Source: an uncultured Actinomycetota bacterium | Lineage (GTDB): Bacteria > Actinomycetota > Actinomycetes > JAHEKZ01 | Assembly: GCA_963743915.1 (NCBI GenBank) | Contig: CAVURN010000002.1 | Span: 288,001 to 352,000 of the forward strand | Reading direction: 5' to 3' | DNA: 64,000 nt | Made by a program: the position numbers and the translations under genes | Part shown: piece after piece, positions 1-9,945 of the stretch | Numbering within the stretch: the first letter of the stretch is position 1 | Layout of the letters: every line of letters starts with the position of its first letter | The notes under the pieces: generated by a model | Told to the model about the DNA's origin: nothing | Databases searched by the model: none | What the model saw: the letters and a program-made list of their open reading frames with translations, nothing else

Positions 1-812
1 ATCGCGTGCCTGGCCAGGAAGCCGTCGACGAACGGACGCAGCTCGCTGCGCACGAGGTCAGGCACCGTCGGTGCGAGGACGACGCGCAGACCGGTCGCGC
101 CGACGTCCCATCCCATGACGCGTTCGCTGTCGGGGAACTGCACCGACGCAGTGTCGACCACGCGGGCGACCGGTCCCCGCAGCTGGCGCGCCCTCCGGGC
201 GCCGACAAGCACGACCGCGGCTGCGCCGTCACCGAAGAGGCCAGACGCCACGATGTTGGCCATCGATGCGTCTGCGCCCTGCAGCGTCAACGAGCACAGC
301 TCGACGCACACGAGCACCGCGACGCCGTCCGGGTCACCCCTGAGGTAGTCGGAGACCCGGGCCACCCCCGCCGCGCCGGCCACGCAGCCGAGTCCGGCCA
401 AGGGCAGCCGTTTGAGGTTGCTGCGCATCCCGAGCAGCGGTGCGATGCGCGCGTCCAGAGTGGGCACGGCGATCCCCGTCACCGTGGCGGCCGCCAACAG
501 GTCGACGTCACTGGCGAGGAGTCCGGCAGCTCTCAGCGCCTCCGCCACAGCGCGCGCGGCGAGCGGCGGCGCCTCGCGCAGGAACACGTCGTTCGCCTCG
601 CCGAAGTCGGCGAGCTTCTCGTACCCGTCGAGCTCCAGCGTCAGATGCCGGGCGTCGACACCGGTCGCCTCGTGCGTGCGACTGACCAGGCGGCGCAGCG
701 CCTCGGGGTCGTCGTCAACGCCCGCGAGTAGCCCTGCGAACGCCTCCGTGATCTCACGCTGCGGGTAGCGGTGCTCCGGGAACGCGGCGGCGGCGCTGAC
801 CAGGAGCGGCAT
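1..812 (-). CDS. Type III polyketide synthase (chalcone/stilbene synthase family), 3' end beyond window
   Basis: Not in the ORF track; translated by hand from ATG 812: MPLLVSAAAAFPEHRYPQREIT...ATVTGIAVPTLDAR...KRLPLAGLGCVAGAAG...VELCSL...SGLFGDGAAAV. Has the catalytic GC motif and the LFGDGAAA motif; CAGGAT-N6-ATG leaderless -10. Confidence 0.9.
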   Translation of the reverse strand, partial: MPLLVSAAAAFPEHRYPQREITEAFAGLLAGVDDDPEALRRLVSRTHEATGVDARHLTLELDGYEKLADFGEANDVFLREAPPLAARAVAEALRAAGLLASDVDLLAAATVTGIAVPTLDARIAPLLGMRSNLKRLPLAGLGCVAGAAGVARVSDYLRGDPDGVAVLVCVELCSLTLQGADASMANIVASGLFGDGAAAVVLVGARRARQLRGPVARVVDTASVQFPDSERVMGWDVGATGLRVVLAPTVPDLVRSELRPFVDGFLARHA

Positions 813-866
813 CTCCGCATCCTGTCACGGACCCGCCACGCGCGCCCACAGCGCGACGCGCCCGGT

Positions 867-3806
867 TCACGTGGACAGGTCGAAGGCCTCCGGCGGCGGA
901 CACGAGCAGACCAGATGGCGGTCGCCGTAGGCACCGTCGATCCGACGCACGGGCGGCCAGTACTTGTCCTGGCGCAGGGACGCCACCGGATAGATGGCCG
1001 TCTCTCGCGAGTAGGGGGCCGTCCACTCCTCGGTGATCGCGGCCGCCGTGTGAGGTGCTGCCCTCAGCGGAGAGGACTCGACGGTCCACTCCCCTGCCAC
1101 CACCTGGTCGATCTCCCCGCGGATCGCGATCATTGCCTCGATGAACCGGTCCAGCTCCCGCAGTCCTTCACTCTCGGTCGGTTCGACCATGAGGGTGCCT
1201 GCGACGGGGAACGACATCGTGGGCGCGTGGAACCCGTAGTCGATCAGCCGCTTGGCGACGTCGTCGACGGTGACACCCGACTGCTTGGTGATCTCGCGCA
1301 GGTCCAGGATGCACTCGTGCGCGACCAGGCCGGTGTCACCGGTGTAGAGCACCGGGTAGTACGACGCGAGCTGGCTGGCGATGTAGTTGGCCGACAGCAC
1401 GGCCGACTTGGTCGCCTGCGTGAGCCCGTCCGGCCCCATCAGGCGCACGTACGCCCACGAGATCGGCAGGATGCCGGCCGACCCCCAGGGTGCGGCCGAC
1501 ACCGGCCCGACCCCGGACTCCGGACCCGCCTCGGCGACGAGCGGGTGGTTGGGCAGGAACGGCGCGAGGTGGGCGCGGACGCCGATCGGCCCGACGCCCG
1601 GGCCGCCACCGCCGTGCGGGATGCAGAACGTCTTGTGCAGGTTGAGGTGCGAGACGTCGGCGCCGAACTTGCCCGGCTGCGCCAGGCCCACCAGCGCGTT
1701 GAGGTTGGCGCCGTCGACATAGACCTGGCCACCGGCGTCGTGGATCAGTCCGCAGACGTCCCTGACCTCCGACTCGAAGACGCCATGCGTCGACGGGTAG
1801 GTGATCATCAGGGCTGCGAGCTGGTCGCGGTGCTGCTCGATCTTCGCATTGAGGTCGTCCAGGTCGAGGCCACCGTCCTCACCGGTCTTGACCACCACGA
1901 CCTTCATCCCTGCCATGACGGCGGACGCGGCATTGGTGCCGTGTGCGGAGGCCGGTACCAGACACACCCGTCGCTCCTGGTCGCCGCGTGAGTCGTGGTA
2001 CGCGCGGATGGCGAGCAGACCGGAGAACTCGCCCTGGCTGCCGGCGTTCGGCTGCAGGGAGACGGCGTCGTACCCGGTGATCTCGACCAGCCACTCCTCG
2101 AGCTGGTCGATGAGCTCGAGGTAGCCCTGTGCCTGCTCGAGCGGCGCGAACGGATGGATGTTGGAGAACTCCGGCCAGGTGATGGCCTCCATCTCGGTGG
2201 TGGCGTTCAGCTTCATCGTGCAGGAGCCGAGCGGGATCATCGAGCGGTCCAGCGCGACGTCCTTGTCCTGCAGCCGACGCAGGTAGCGCAGCATCTCGGT
2301 CTCGCTGCGGTACCGCCCGAACACCGGGTGCGTGAGGAAGTCCGACGTGCGCACGAGCGCGTCCGGGACGCCGACCTCCCCCTGGGCGATCAGCAGCGCG
2401 TCGAGCGCGTCGATGTCGACGCCCTCGACGCCGAACGAGGCCCACACGTCCTCGACGTTGGAGCGGAGGGTGACCTCGTCGGTGCTGATGCCGATCGTGT
2501 CGCCGTCGACGTGCCGCAGATTGATACCGCGTCCGCGAGCGGCACGCAGGACCTTGTCGGCGCGGCCGGGGACGCGCACGAGCACGGTGTCGAAGAAGTG
2601 CTCGTGGACGACGTGGATGCCCGCGCTCTCCAGCCCGGCGGCGATCAGTCGGGCGAAGCGGTGCGTGCGGTGCGCGATCCCCCGCAGACCGTCCGGGCCG
2701 TGGTAGACGGCGTACATGCTGGCCATCACGGCGAGCAGCACCTGGGCCGTGCAGATGTTGCTCGTCGCCTTCTCCCGACGGATGTGCTGCTCACGCGTCT
2801 GGAGCGCCAGTCGATAGGCCGGCGAGCCGTCGGCGTCGATGGACACCCCGACCAGGCGGCCGGGGAGCTGCCGCTCCAGCCCCTCGCGCACCGCCATGTA
2901 CCCCGCGTGCGGACCGCCGAAGGCGAGCGGGACACCGAACCGCTGCGAGGTGCCGACCACGATGTCGGCGCCCATCTCGCCCGGAGGTTTGAGGATCGTC
3001 AGCGCCAGCAGGTCGGCCGCGACGATGGCCAGGGCGCCACGGGCGTGGGCCGCCTCGATGACCGGCGTGGGATCGACGATGACGCCGCTGGCCGCCGGGT
3101 ACTGGACGACGACACCGGCGAGGTCACCGTCGGGCAGTCCGTCGGCGACGAGGTCACGGACCTCGATGGTGATCCCCAGCGGGCGCGCCCTGGTCTGCAG
3201 CACGGCGATCGTCTGCGGGAAGGTGTCGGCGTCGACGACGACGGTGTGCGAGCCCTTGGCCGAGCGCACCGCCAGCGTCATGGCCTCCGCCACCGCCGTG
3301 CCCTCGTCGAGCAGCGACGCGTTGGCCGTGGGCAGACCGGTGAGGTCCTCGACCATGGTCTGGAAGTTCAGCAGCGCCTCGAGACGTCCTTGGCTGATCT
3401 CGGGCTGGTAGGGCGTGTACGCGGTGTACCAGCCGGGGTTCTCCAGCACCCGCCGCTCGATGACGGCCGGCGTGAAGGTGTCGTAGTAGCCCATGCCGAT
3501 CATCTGCACCATCGGCTGGTTCTTGGCAGCGATCGCCCGCAGCTCGTCGACGACCTCGACCTCGGACAGCGCGGGCGGCAGGTTCAGCCGCTCCTGCATC
3601 CGGATGACCGACGGCACCGCCTCGTCGATGACGGCGTCCAGGCTGCTGCGTCCCAGCGCCTTGACCATCTGGTCGGTCTGCGACTCCCCTGGTCCGACGT
3701 GCCGCCGCACGAAGGGCATGTGCGCCTCGAGCGAGGCGAGGGGCGCCGTGGCGGGATCGGGACTGGTGAGGACGGGACGGTCGACGGTCTCGGTGGAGTC
3801 ACCCAT
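867..3806 (-). CDS. gcvP: Glycine dehydrogenase (decarboxylating), P protein
   Basis: 979 aa; [53 protein letters not shown] (PLP lysine). Confidence 0.98.
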   Translation of the reverse strand: MGDSTETVDRPVLTSPDPATAPLASLEAHMPFVRRHVGPGESQTDQMVKALGRSSLDAVIDEAVPSVIRMQERLNLPPALSEVEVVDELRAIAAKNQPMVQMIGMGYYDTFTPAVIERRVLENPGWYTAYTPYQPEISQGRLEALLNFQTMVEDLTGLPTANASLLDEGTAVAEAMTLAVRSAKGSHTVVVDADTFPQTIAVLQTRARPLGITIEVRDLVADGLPDGDLAGVVVQYPAASGVIVDPTPVIEAAHARGALAIVAADLLALTILKPPGEMGADIVVGTSQRFGVPLAFGGPHAGYMAVREGLERQLPGRLVGVSIDADGSPAYRLALQTREQHIRREKATSNICTAQVLLAVMASMYAVYHGPDGLRGIAHRTHRFARLIAAGLESAGIHVVHEHFFDTVLVRVPGRADKVLRAARGRGINLRHVDGDTIGISTDEVTLRSNVEDVWASFGVEGVDIDALDALLIAQGEVGVPDALVRTSDFLTHPVFGRYRSETEMLRYLRRLQDKDVALDRSMIPLGSCTMKLNATTEMEAITWPEFSNIHPFAPLEQAQGYLELIDQLEEWLVEITGYDAVSLQPNAGSQGEFSGLLAIRAYHDSRGDQERRVCLVPASAHGTNAASAVMAGMKVVVVKTGEDGGLDLDDLNAKIEQHRDQLAALMITYPSTHGVFESEVRDVCGLIHDAGGQVYVDGANLNALVGLAQPGKFGADVSHLNLHKTFCIPHGGGGPGVGPIGVRAHLAPFLPNHPLVAEAGPESGVGPVSAAPWGSAGILPISWAYVRLMGPDGLTQATKSAVLSANYIASQLASYYPVLYTGDTGLVAHECILDLREITKQSGVTVDDVAKRLIDYGFHAPTMSFPVAGTLMVEPTESEGLRELDRFIEAMIAIRGEIDQVVAGEWTVESSPLRAAPHTAAAITEEWTAPYSRETAIYPVASLRQDKYWPPVRRIDGAYGDRHLVCSCPPPEAFDLST

Positions 3807-3845
3807 GGGGAGCCTTCCTCGGTGCGGTGGACGGATGTCCTGGCT

Positions 3846-4035
3846 CCCCCTCTGTCATCGGTACCTGAGAGGTTCGCAGCCCGGTATGGGTCCCGGGGCT
3901 GCTTGCACCGTCGGTGGGGCTGGCGCCCGCTTTCCAGAGGTGCCTCGCCCAAGCGGTCCGGGTGCCTGAGAGTTTCTGGGGAGAATTGCTCCTTCGGCGT
4001 CCCCGCTGGCTGCGAGGAACTCTTCCGCCGGGGTC
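3846..4035 (-). ncRNA. Tandem glycine riboswitch
   Basis: Minus strand: GGAAGAG...CGCCGAAGGAGCAA...CTCTCAGG...CTCTGGAAAG...CACCGACGGTGCAA...CTCTCAGGT..GACAGAG; two aptamers directly upstream of gcvP. Confidence 0.92.
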
Positions 4036-4078
4036 GTCGGCGAGCGAAAGTCTACTCTCCGCCGGTGCTGCGGGCGCC

Positions 4079-4675
4079 TCAGCCGGTGCTGCGGGCGCGG
4101 CGTCGGGCGGCCAGCTCGTCGGAGGGGTCCGCGCCGTCGGCGCTGTCACTGGGACGCTCCCACGGCAGCTCGGCGAGGGAGCCCTCGACCTCGCGCCAGA
4201 CGCGTCCGACGGCGATGCCGAAGACGCCCTGCCCGCCCTGGACCAGGTCGATGACCTCGTCGGCGCTGGTGCACTCGTAGACCGAGGCGCCGTCGCTCAT
4301 GATGGTGATCTGCGCGAGGTCGTCGATGCCGCGCTCGCGCAGGTGCTGCACGGCTGTCCGGATCTGCTGCAGCGAGACGCCGGTGTCGAGCAGCCGCTTG
4401 ACGATCTTCAGCACCAGGACGTCGCGGAAGCTGTAGAGCCGCTGGGTTCCAGAGCCCGCCGCGCCGCGGATGCTGGGCTCGACCAGACCGGTGCGCGCCC
4501 AGTAGTCGAGCTGGCGATAGGTGATGCCGGCGGCGCTGCAGACGGTGGGACCGCGGTAGCCGATGTCCTCCGGCAGCGCGCGCACCTCGTCGGTGAACAG
4601 CAGGCCCTGCTGACCGGCCAGCGCTGCGGCCCGCGCTGCGGGCGGCCTCGTCCTGCTGGCCTCGTGGGTCTCCAC
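4079..4675 (-). CDS. MerR-family regulator (Rv1830-like)
   Basis: GYRGPTVCSAAGITYRQLDYWARTGLVEPS...QRLYSFRD; conserved position between nuclease and gcvP; start uncertain. Confidence 0.92.
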   Translation of the reverse strand: METHEASRTRPPAARAAALAGQQGLLFTDEVRALPEDIGYRGPTVCSAAGITYRQLDYWARTGLVEPSIRGAAGSGTQRLYSFRDVLVLKIVKRLLDTGVSLQQIRTAVQHLRERGIDDLAQITIMSDGASVYECTSADEVIDLVQGGQGVFGIAVGRVWREVEGSLAELPWERPSDSADGADPSDELAARRRARSTG

Positions 4676-4781
4676 CAGTGGTCACGCCGACCTCCACTCG
4701 CCCGCGTCCTGCCCTCGAGGCGGTCGAGCCGGATGGCTCGGGGGGAAAGTACACGCCTGGAGTTACCGCGGTGTGGGATGC

Positions 4782-4810
4782 ACGCTAGGTCGCCGCCCCG
4801 CCCCGGTCAA
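4782..4810 (-). promoter_or_regulatory. SigA-type promoter of Rv1830-like merR
   Basis: TTGACC (4805-4810) - 17 nt - TAGCGT (4782-4787) on minus strand. Confidence 0.7.
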
Positions 4811-4837
4811 TGCACGGGGACGCGACACGCCGGACGG

Positions 4838-4890
4838 AAGTCTCGACCACCAGTGGAGTCTTCGCAACCCTCAGGTGAAGGTTGAGGGTC
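4838..4890. promoter_or_regulatory. Two tandem 25-bp inverted-repeat sites (motif A, FtsR-box-like)
   Basis: AAGTCTCGACCACCAGTGGAGTCTT (4838-4862) and AACCCTCAGGTGAAGGTTGAGGGTC (4866-4890). Confidence 0.75.
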
Positions 4891-5434
4891 AGGAGGTGCT
4901 CTCCGGCCCGGTGGTGGGTCCGGCGCCGGGGTCCGGTGTGCCGAAGTCCTCCGGGGAGATCTCGTCGAGGAACTCACGGAACTTCTCGACCTCCCCGAGG
5001 TCGGCGCCCTCCGAGGCCTCCTCGTCTTCCTCGTCGCTCTCCTCCGGCATGGGGATGCCGGCCTCGTCCAGGACGTCCGGCGAGGCCACCACCGGGGCGT
5101 CCACCCGCAGGGCGAGCGCGATGGCGTCGGAGGGCCGCGCGCTGACCGTCACTCCCCCGTCGAAGACCAGCTCGGCGAAGAACACCCCGTCGTCGAGGTC
5201 GGTGATCTGCACCTCCTGGAGCCGACGTCCGAGCCCGGCGATGACGTCGGCGAGCAGGTCGTGAGTCAGGGGTCGCGCCGGCTCGACGCCCTGCTGGGCG
5301 TAGGCGATGGCGGTGGCCTCGACCGCGCCGATCCAGATGGGCAGGTAGCGCTCACCGTCGCGCTCGCGGAGCAGCACGATGGGCTGGTTCGTCGGCATCT
5401 CGACCCGGACGCCGACCACGTCGACCGGCTTCAT
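4889..5434 (-). CDS. Bifunctional nuclease family protein (DUF151)
   Basis: VVGVRVEMPTNQPIVLL...LPIWIGAVEA...RPLTHDL...SARPSDAIALA; TAGGCT-N6-ATG leaderless start. Confidence 0.95.
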   Translation of the reverse strand: MKPVDVVGVRVEMPTNQPIVLLRERDGERYLPIWIGAVEATAIAYAQQGVEPARPLTHDLLADVIAGLGRRLQEVQITDLDDGVFFAELVFDGGVTVSARPSDAIALALRVDAPVVASPDVLDEAGIPMPEESDEEDEEASEGADLGEVEKFREFLDEISPEDFGTPDPGAGPTTGPESTS

Positions 5435-5438
5435 GACG

Positions 5439-6236
5439 TCAGCCTACTCCGCACGCGCGGAGGCGGCCGCCCGTCAGCTGCGATCGGTCCGGTCCGAGCT
5501 GAGCCTTCACGAGCGCGGCGTGCAGCCGCACGCTCAGCGCGGCCAGCGCTCGGGTCGTCTCCTCGGCCCGGCCCTGGGCGTCGGCCCCCCGTCCGCGCTG
5601 CAACGGGGTCACCACCTGCTCGATGAGCCCGGCCTCCCGGTCGGCCGCCGACTTGAAGGCACGCAGGTGCCGCGGCTCGATGCCGTAGGCCGCGAGCTCG
5701 CCGGCGGCCGTCGGCGATGACCACGCGCGTCACCGTCGAAGTGCTCGCCCGTGCGGCCGGGGCCGACCAGCCCGTAGCTCTCCAGCGCGGACAGCAGGTC
5801 GTCGTCGATCTCGGCCGCGGCGAGCAGCTCGTCGCGGGACAGCCGGAGCTCGGACCCGTCGCGGGCGAAGTCGTCGGCCTCGGGGTAGCGGCTCCCCGGA
5901 CGACGGACACCGGGACCCGGGGGCTGGCGCCGGGCGCCGACGGTGGTTCGAGACCGCGGTCGATCGCCTCGAGGTGCTCGCGGATCACCTTCAGCGGCAG
6001 GTAGTGGTCACGTTGGGCGCCGAGGATGTAGCGGAGGCGGCTGAGTCCTCGGAGGTGAACTTGCGGTAGCCCGAGGGCGTCCGCTGCGGCTCGACCAGCC
6101 CCTCGGACTCCAGGAACCGGATCTTGGAGATCGTGACGTCGGGGAAGTCCGGCCGGAGCTTGCCGAGGACCTCGCCGATGCTCATGTAGGCGCTGGCCGG
6201 GATCGCGGTGCTGCGCTGACCGGCAGCGGGGCTCAT
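5439..6236 (-). CDS. ftsR: MerR-family regulator, FtsR/Rv1828-like (about 3 apparent frameshifts, probably assembly indels)
   Basis: [43 protein letters not shown], then [23 protein letters not shown], then [24 protein letters not shown] in shifting frames; directly after the garA/odhI homolog. Confidence 0.8.
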
Positions 6237-6753
6237 GCGGCGTCCCCGTCGGTGCGCGGGCGGGCCAGGAAGAGCATCCGGTACTTGCCGATCTGCACCT
6301 CGTCCCCGCCGACGCAGCAGCGCCTCGTCGATGCGGTCGCGGTTGACGTAGGTGCCGTTGAGGCTGCCGACGTCGCGCAACGGTGAAGCCGTCCGGGCCG
6401 CGACGGAACTCCGCGTGGTGCCGCGACACCGTGATGTCGTCGAGGAAGATGTCGCTGTCGGGGTGCCGACCGGCCGAGGTCACGTCGGCGTCCAGCAGGA
6501 AGCGCGCCCCCGACGCCGGACCGCGCCGCACGACCAGCAGTGCGGTCCCCTCGACCAGCCGCTCCACCATCGCGACGTCGGGGTCGGGCTCGGCGGTCTC
6601 CGCCTCGGCCTCGTGCGCGCTCTCGCCGGCACCGAGGTGCAGGACCGACGTGGTCTCCCCCGAGGACTCGCCCCCCAGGGGCTTGCCGCAGGCGGCGCAG
6701 AAGCGCGCGCCCGGGTCCTGCGTGTCGTGCCCGCAGTGGGGACAGACCGGCAT
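6233..6753 (-). CDS. garA: FHA-domain protein GarA/OdhI with N-terminal zinc ribbon (2 apparent frameshifts)
   Basis: CPHCG..CAACG, ETTS phosphorylation motif, [33 protein letters not shown]; TGA overlaps next ATG. Confidence 0.85.
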
Positions 6754-6787
6754 GCCGCCTCCCGGCGTCCGACGTGGTGCTCCACCC

Positions 6788-6843
6788 AAGGCTCAGGTGA
6801 AGGTTGAGAGTCCAACCTAAGCCGCGTCCAACCAGCCGGTCAA
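6788..6843 (-). promoter_or_regulatory. garA-ftsR promoter with motif A operator over the start site
   Basis: TTGACC (6838-6843)-N18-TAGGTT (6814-6819); AAGGCTCAGGTGAAGGTTGAGAGTC at 6788-6812 shares an identical 17-bp core with 4870-4886. Confidence 0.75.
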
Positions 6844-6850
6844 CTGCGGG

Positions 6851-7237
6851 TCACGAGGCGGAGGCGACGTGCTGGGCGTATCCCGCCGAGTCGAGCAGCG
6901 ACTCGAGCTGACCGGGGTCGGCGAGCTCGACCTCGACCATCCACCCCTCGCCGTACGCGTCGGCGTTGACGACCTCGGGGGTCGCCCCGAGCGAGTCGTT
7001 GCGCGCGGTGACGGTGCCGCTCACCGGGGCGTAGATGTCGCTGACGCTCTTGGTGGACTCGACCTCACCCACGGCGTCGCCGGACTCGATGACCGCGCCG
7101 ACCTCCGGCAGGGAGACATAGACGATGTCGCCGAGCGCGTCCTGCGCGTAGTCGGTGATCCCGAAGCGCACCGTTCGGTCGGACACCGCTCGTACCCACT
7201 CGTGGTCGGTCGTGTACTTCAGATCCTCGGGATACAC
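6851..7237 (-). CDS. gcvH: Glycine cleavage system H protein
   Basis: YTTDHEW, GITDYAQDALGDIVYV, VESTKSVSD lipoyl lysine. Confidence 0.97.
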   Translation of the reverse strand: MYPEDLKYTTDHEWVRAVSDRTVRFGITDYAQDALGDIVYVSLPEVGAVIESGDAVGEVESTKSVSDIYAPVSGTVTARNDSLGATPEVVNADAYGEGWMVEVELADPGQLESLLDSAGYAQHVASAS

Positions 7238-7330
7238 CGCACTCCTTAGGGTCAGGGCCTGCAGCCGCGTCGTCGCCGGGCCCGATGCAGGCTGAGCGTA
7301 ACCGAGGAGTGGCTTTCGCGGCCCGCCCCG

Positions 7331-8071
7331 TCAGGGCACCGCCTTGATCACCACGACGTCACGCTGGCTGATGGCGGTGGACGCCCCCGCCTCGCGCACC
7401 GACTCGACCACGCCGCCGGGGAAGGACAGCCCCGCCTCCAGGATCCCCGCGTCACCGATCGCGGCGATCTCGTACGGCGCCGACACCACCTCTCCCCCCA
7501 CCGCGATCCCCTCGGGGGTGTCGGTGATCGCGGTGGTCGCCACGACCCGTACCCCGTCGATCGCGATCGCCTCGGCACCGGAGTCGCGCAGCTCCTGGAC
7601 CGCGTCGAGCAGGTCGCTGGAGTCCAGGACGCCGTCCGGGTCGTTCACCGTGACCACGACCCCCGGGCCGTGCACGGGCACGGTGCCGGCGAGGACGCGC
7701 AGGCTCTCCAACCGCTCACGGGTCGACTCGCGTGCCGCCTGTGCCTGATTGACCCCGGAGACGAGCGCGGCCAGGTTCGCGCGGAGCCGTGCCTCCTCGG
7801 CGGCGAGCCGTTCTCGTTGGGCGGAGATGTCGTCGAGGATGCGCACCAGGTCGGAGGTGCGGGCCGAGCCGAGGGCGTCCTGCTGCGTCGTCTGCACCTG
7901 GACGGCGAGGACGAACCCGAGCAGGAACAGCAGCGCCGCCACCACCCACTGTCCGCGTGACGGCGTCCGGGTGAGTGCAGCACGAAGGGCCGCCCAGTCG
8001 CGCGGGCTCTCGGTGGCGTCCGGAGCCGCGGGTGTCTCCGACGGCGACCCGGTGTCCTGCTGCTCGCTCAT
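7331..8071 (-). CDS. DUF881 membrane protein
   Basis: TM helix, coiled coil, LAGTVPVHGPGV, ELRDSGAEAIAI. Confidence 0.88.
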   Translation of the reverse strand: MSEQQDTGSPSETPAAPDATESPRDWAALRAALTRTPSRGQWVVAALLFLLGFVLAVQVQTTQQDALGSARTSDLVRILDDISAQRERLAAEEARLRANLAALVSGVNQAQAARESTRERLESLRVLAGTVPVHGPGVVVTVNDPDGVLDSSDLLDAVQELRDSGAEAIAIDGVRVVATTAITDTPEGIAVGGEVVSAPYEIAAIGDAGILEAGLSFPGGVVESVREAGASTAISQRDVVVIKAVP

Positions 8072-8072
8072 C

Positions 8073-8405
8073 TCAGGCCTTGAAGAGGTGGCGACGGATC
8101 GCGGCAGCGTTGGCGAAGATGCGGATCGAGAAGACGACGACGACTCCCGTGGACAGCTGCGCACCGACGCCGAGCTGGTCCCCGAGGAAGACCACCAGAG
8201 CAGCGACGAGGACGTTGCCGATGAACGAGATGACGAAGACCCGGTCGTTGAAGATGCCCTCGAGCAGTGCGCGGCTGGCGCCGAAGACCGCGTCGAGTGC
8301 GGCGACGACGGCGATCGGCAGGTAGGGCTGCAGTCCCGCCGGGATCGTCGGCTCCAGTACGAGGCCGAGCACGATCCCCGCGATCAGGGCGAGCAAGGCG
8401 ATCAC
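8073..8405 (-). CDS. Small basic protein family (DUF1290)
   Basis: 110 aa hydrophobic; YLPIAVVAALDAVFG...RIFANAAAIRRHLF; lies between two DUF881 genes. Confidence 0.9.
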   Translation of the reverse strand: MIALLALIAGIVLGLVLEPTIPAGLQPYLPIAVVAALDAVFGASRALLEGIFNDRVFVISFIGNVLVAALVVFLGDQLGVGAQLSTGVVVVFSIRIFANAAAIRRHLFKA

Positions 8406-9223
8406 GAGCCCTCTCCCTTCCGGAGGTAGCGCACCTGCAGGTCCGAGCGCCCCGGCACGGTCAGGTCGGACCGAGCGTCGACGTCGACCTGCATGCCGTA
8501 GCTCGCCTCCAGCTCTGCGAGCTGGGCCCGTGCCGAACCCTGTGCGAAGGCGTCCGCCAGCCCGTCCGGCCCCACAGCGGTCACCCGGTAAGGGGGAACC
8601 AGCGGCCGGAATCCGACGAGGACAGCAGATCCGGCAGAGCGGATCGGCGACAGCGAGGTGATCCGCTGGTCGTTGACGGCGACCGCGGTGGCACCGGCCG
8701 CGAACAGGCCGTTGACCGCCAGCTGCACGTCGGTGTCGAGGACCCGGGCCAGGTCGGGGCCCCCCTCCCCCGCCGGCGCGGGCGGACCGTCGTCGAGAAC
8801 GACCTCGACGCCGCTGCCGCTCACCGGGGCCAGACCGACGGCGGCGGACAACGCGTCGGCCTCCGCGCTCAGCGCGCGGTCGGCCTCCGTGCCCCCGAGC
8901 GCCTTGGTCTGCAGTGACTCCACGCGGGAGTAGAGCGTGCTGACCCGCGTCTCTGTCGTGTCGAGCGCCTGCGACTCGGCGACGACGCGGTCGGCCAGCT
9001 CCGCGCGCGTCTGGTTGGCACTCGGCGCACCCTGACGCACCTGCAGCACGGCCGCGACGACCAGCGTGGCCAGCAGTCCGATGGCCGCGGCGAAGACCAG
9101 CGAGTGACGCCAGTCCAGGGGTCGGTGCGGACCGCGTGCGGCTGCCTCCTGGTAGCCGGGGTCGAGTGCGTCGGCGACGATCCGGTTGAGCAGCGAGAGC
9201 GAGGCGTCCCCGTGACCCGTCAT
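8402..9223 (-). CDS. DUF881 membrane protein
   Basis: LDPGY, TM, V.G.GV.V.LDD, VNGLFAAGATAVAVNDQR. Confidence 0.88.
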   Translation of the reverse strand: MTGHGDASLSLLNRIVADALDPGYQEAAARGPHRPLDWRHSLVFAAAIGLLATLVVAAVLQVRQGAPSANQTRAELADRVVAESQALDTTETRVSTLYSRVESLQTKALGGTEADRALSAEADALSAAVGLAPVSGSGVEVVLDDGPPAPAGEGGPDLARVLDTDVQLAVNGLFAAGATAVAVNDQRITSLSPIRSAGSAVLVGFRPLVPPYRVTAVGPDGLADAFAQGSARAQLAELEASYGMQVDVDARSDLTVPGRSDLQVRYLRKGEGS

Positions 9224-9840
9224 GCGTCGACCTCGAGGCGACGGCCCCCGAGGACGGCAGACGCCTGCTCCGCGTAGAGGACCGCCGACCACCAGTAGAT
9301 GCCCAGCCCCCAGATGACGAACGCCCACGCCAGTGGCTTGGCGACGTCGCTGATGGGGTCGTCGGACGTGGTGAGGAAGAGGAGGGGCATGCCGTAGAGG
9401 AGACAGAGGGTGGCGGCCTTGCCCACATAGTGCACGGGCAGCGGATCGAGTCCGCGTCGGTGCACCACCAGCTGCACTCCCCCCATGAACACGTCCCGCA
9501 GGACCAGCAGGACGACCACCCACCACGGCACGATGTCGCGGATCGCCAGGACGACCACAGTGGACGCCACGAAGAGGCGGTCCGCGATGGGATCCAGCAG
9601 CTGTCCCACCCGCGAGACGAGGTGGTAGCGCCGGGCGATCACGCCGTCCAACCAGTCGGTGACGGCGCTGACCGCCAGGATCGCGAAGGCCCAACGATCT
9701 GCCTCCGGGCCCAGTGCGACCCAGACGAAGAGCGGGATGAGCAGCAGCCGCATCAGCGACAGGAGGTTGGGGACGGTGAGGATGCGGTCGGAGACCTCGT
9801 CGGACTCGGGCGTCACGACGGCACCTCCCTCCACCTCCAC
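9220..9840 (-). CDS. CDP-alcohol phosphatidyltransferase (PgsA-like)
   Basis: TVPNLLSLMR, DWLDGVIAR...GQLLDPIAD motif. Confidence 0.93.
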   Translation of the reverse strand: MEVEGGAVVTPESDEVSDRILTVPNLLSLMRLLLIPLFVWVALGPEADRWAFAILAVSAVTDWLDGVIARRYHLVSRVGQLLDPIADRLFVASTVVVLAIRDIVPWWVVVLLVLRDVFMGGVQLVVHRRGLDPLPVHYVGKAATLCLLYGMPLLFLTTSDDPISDVAKPLAWAFVIWGLGIYWWSAVLYAEQASAVLGGRRLEVDA

Positions 9841-9945
9841 GTCGCAGCGACCCGACCGCTCACGTTCCTGCTGCGTGGACCGAGCCTAACCGGCGGACTC
9901 GGCGCCGCAGATGCCGTCGGCACCCGGCTCGTCTAGCGTTCGACC

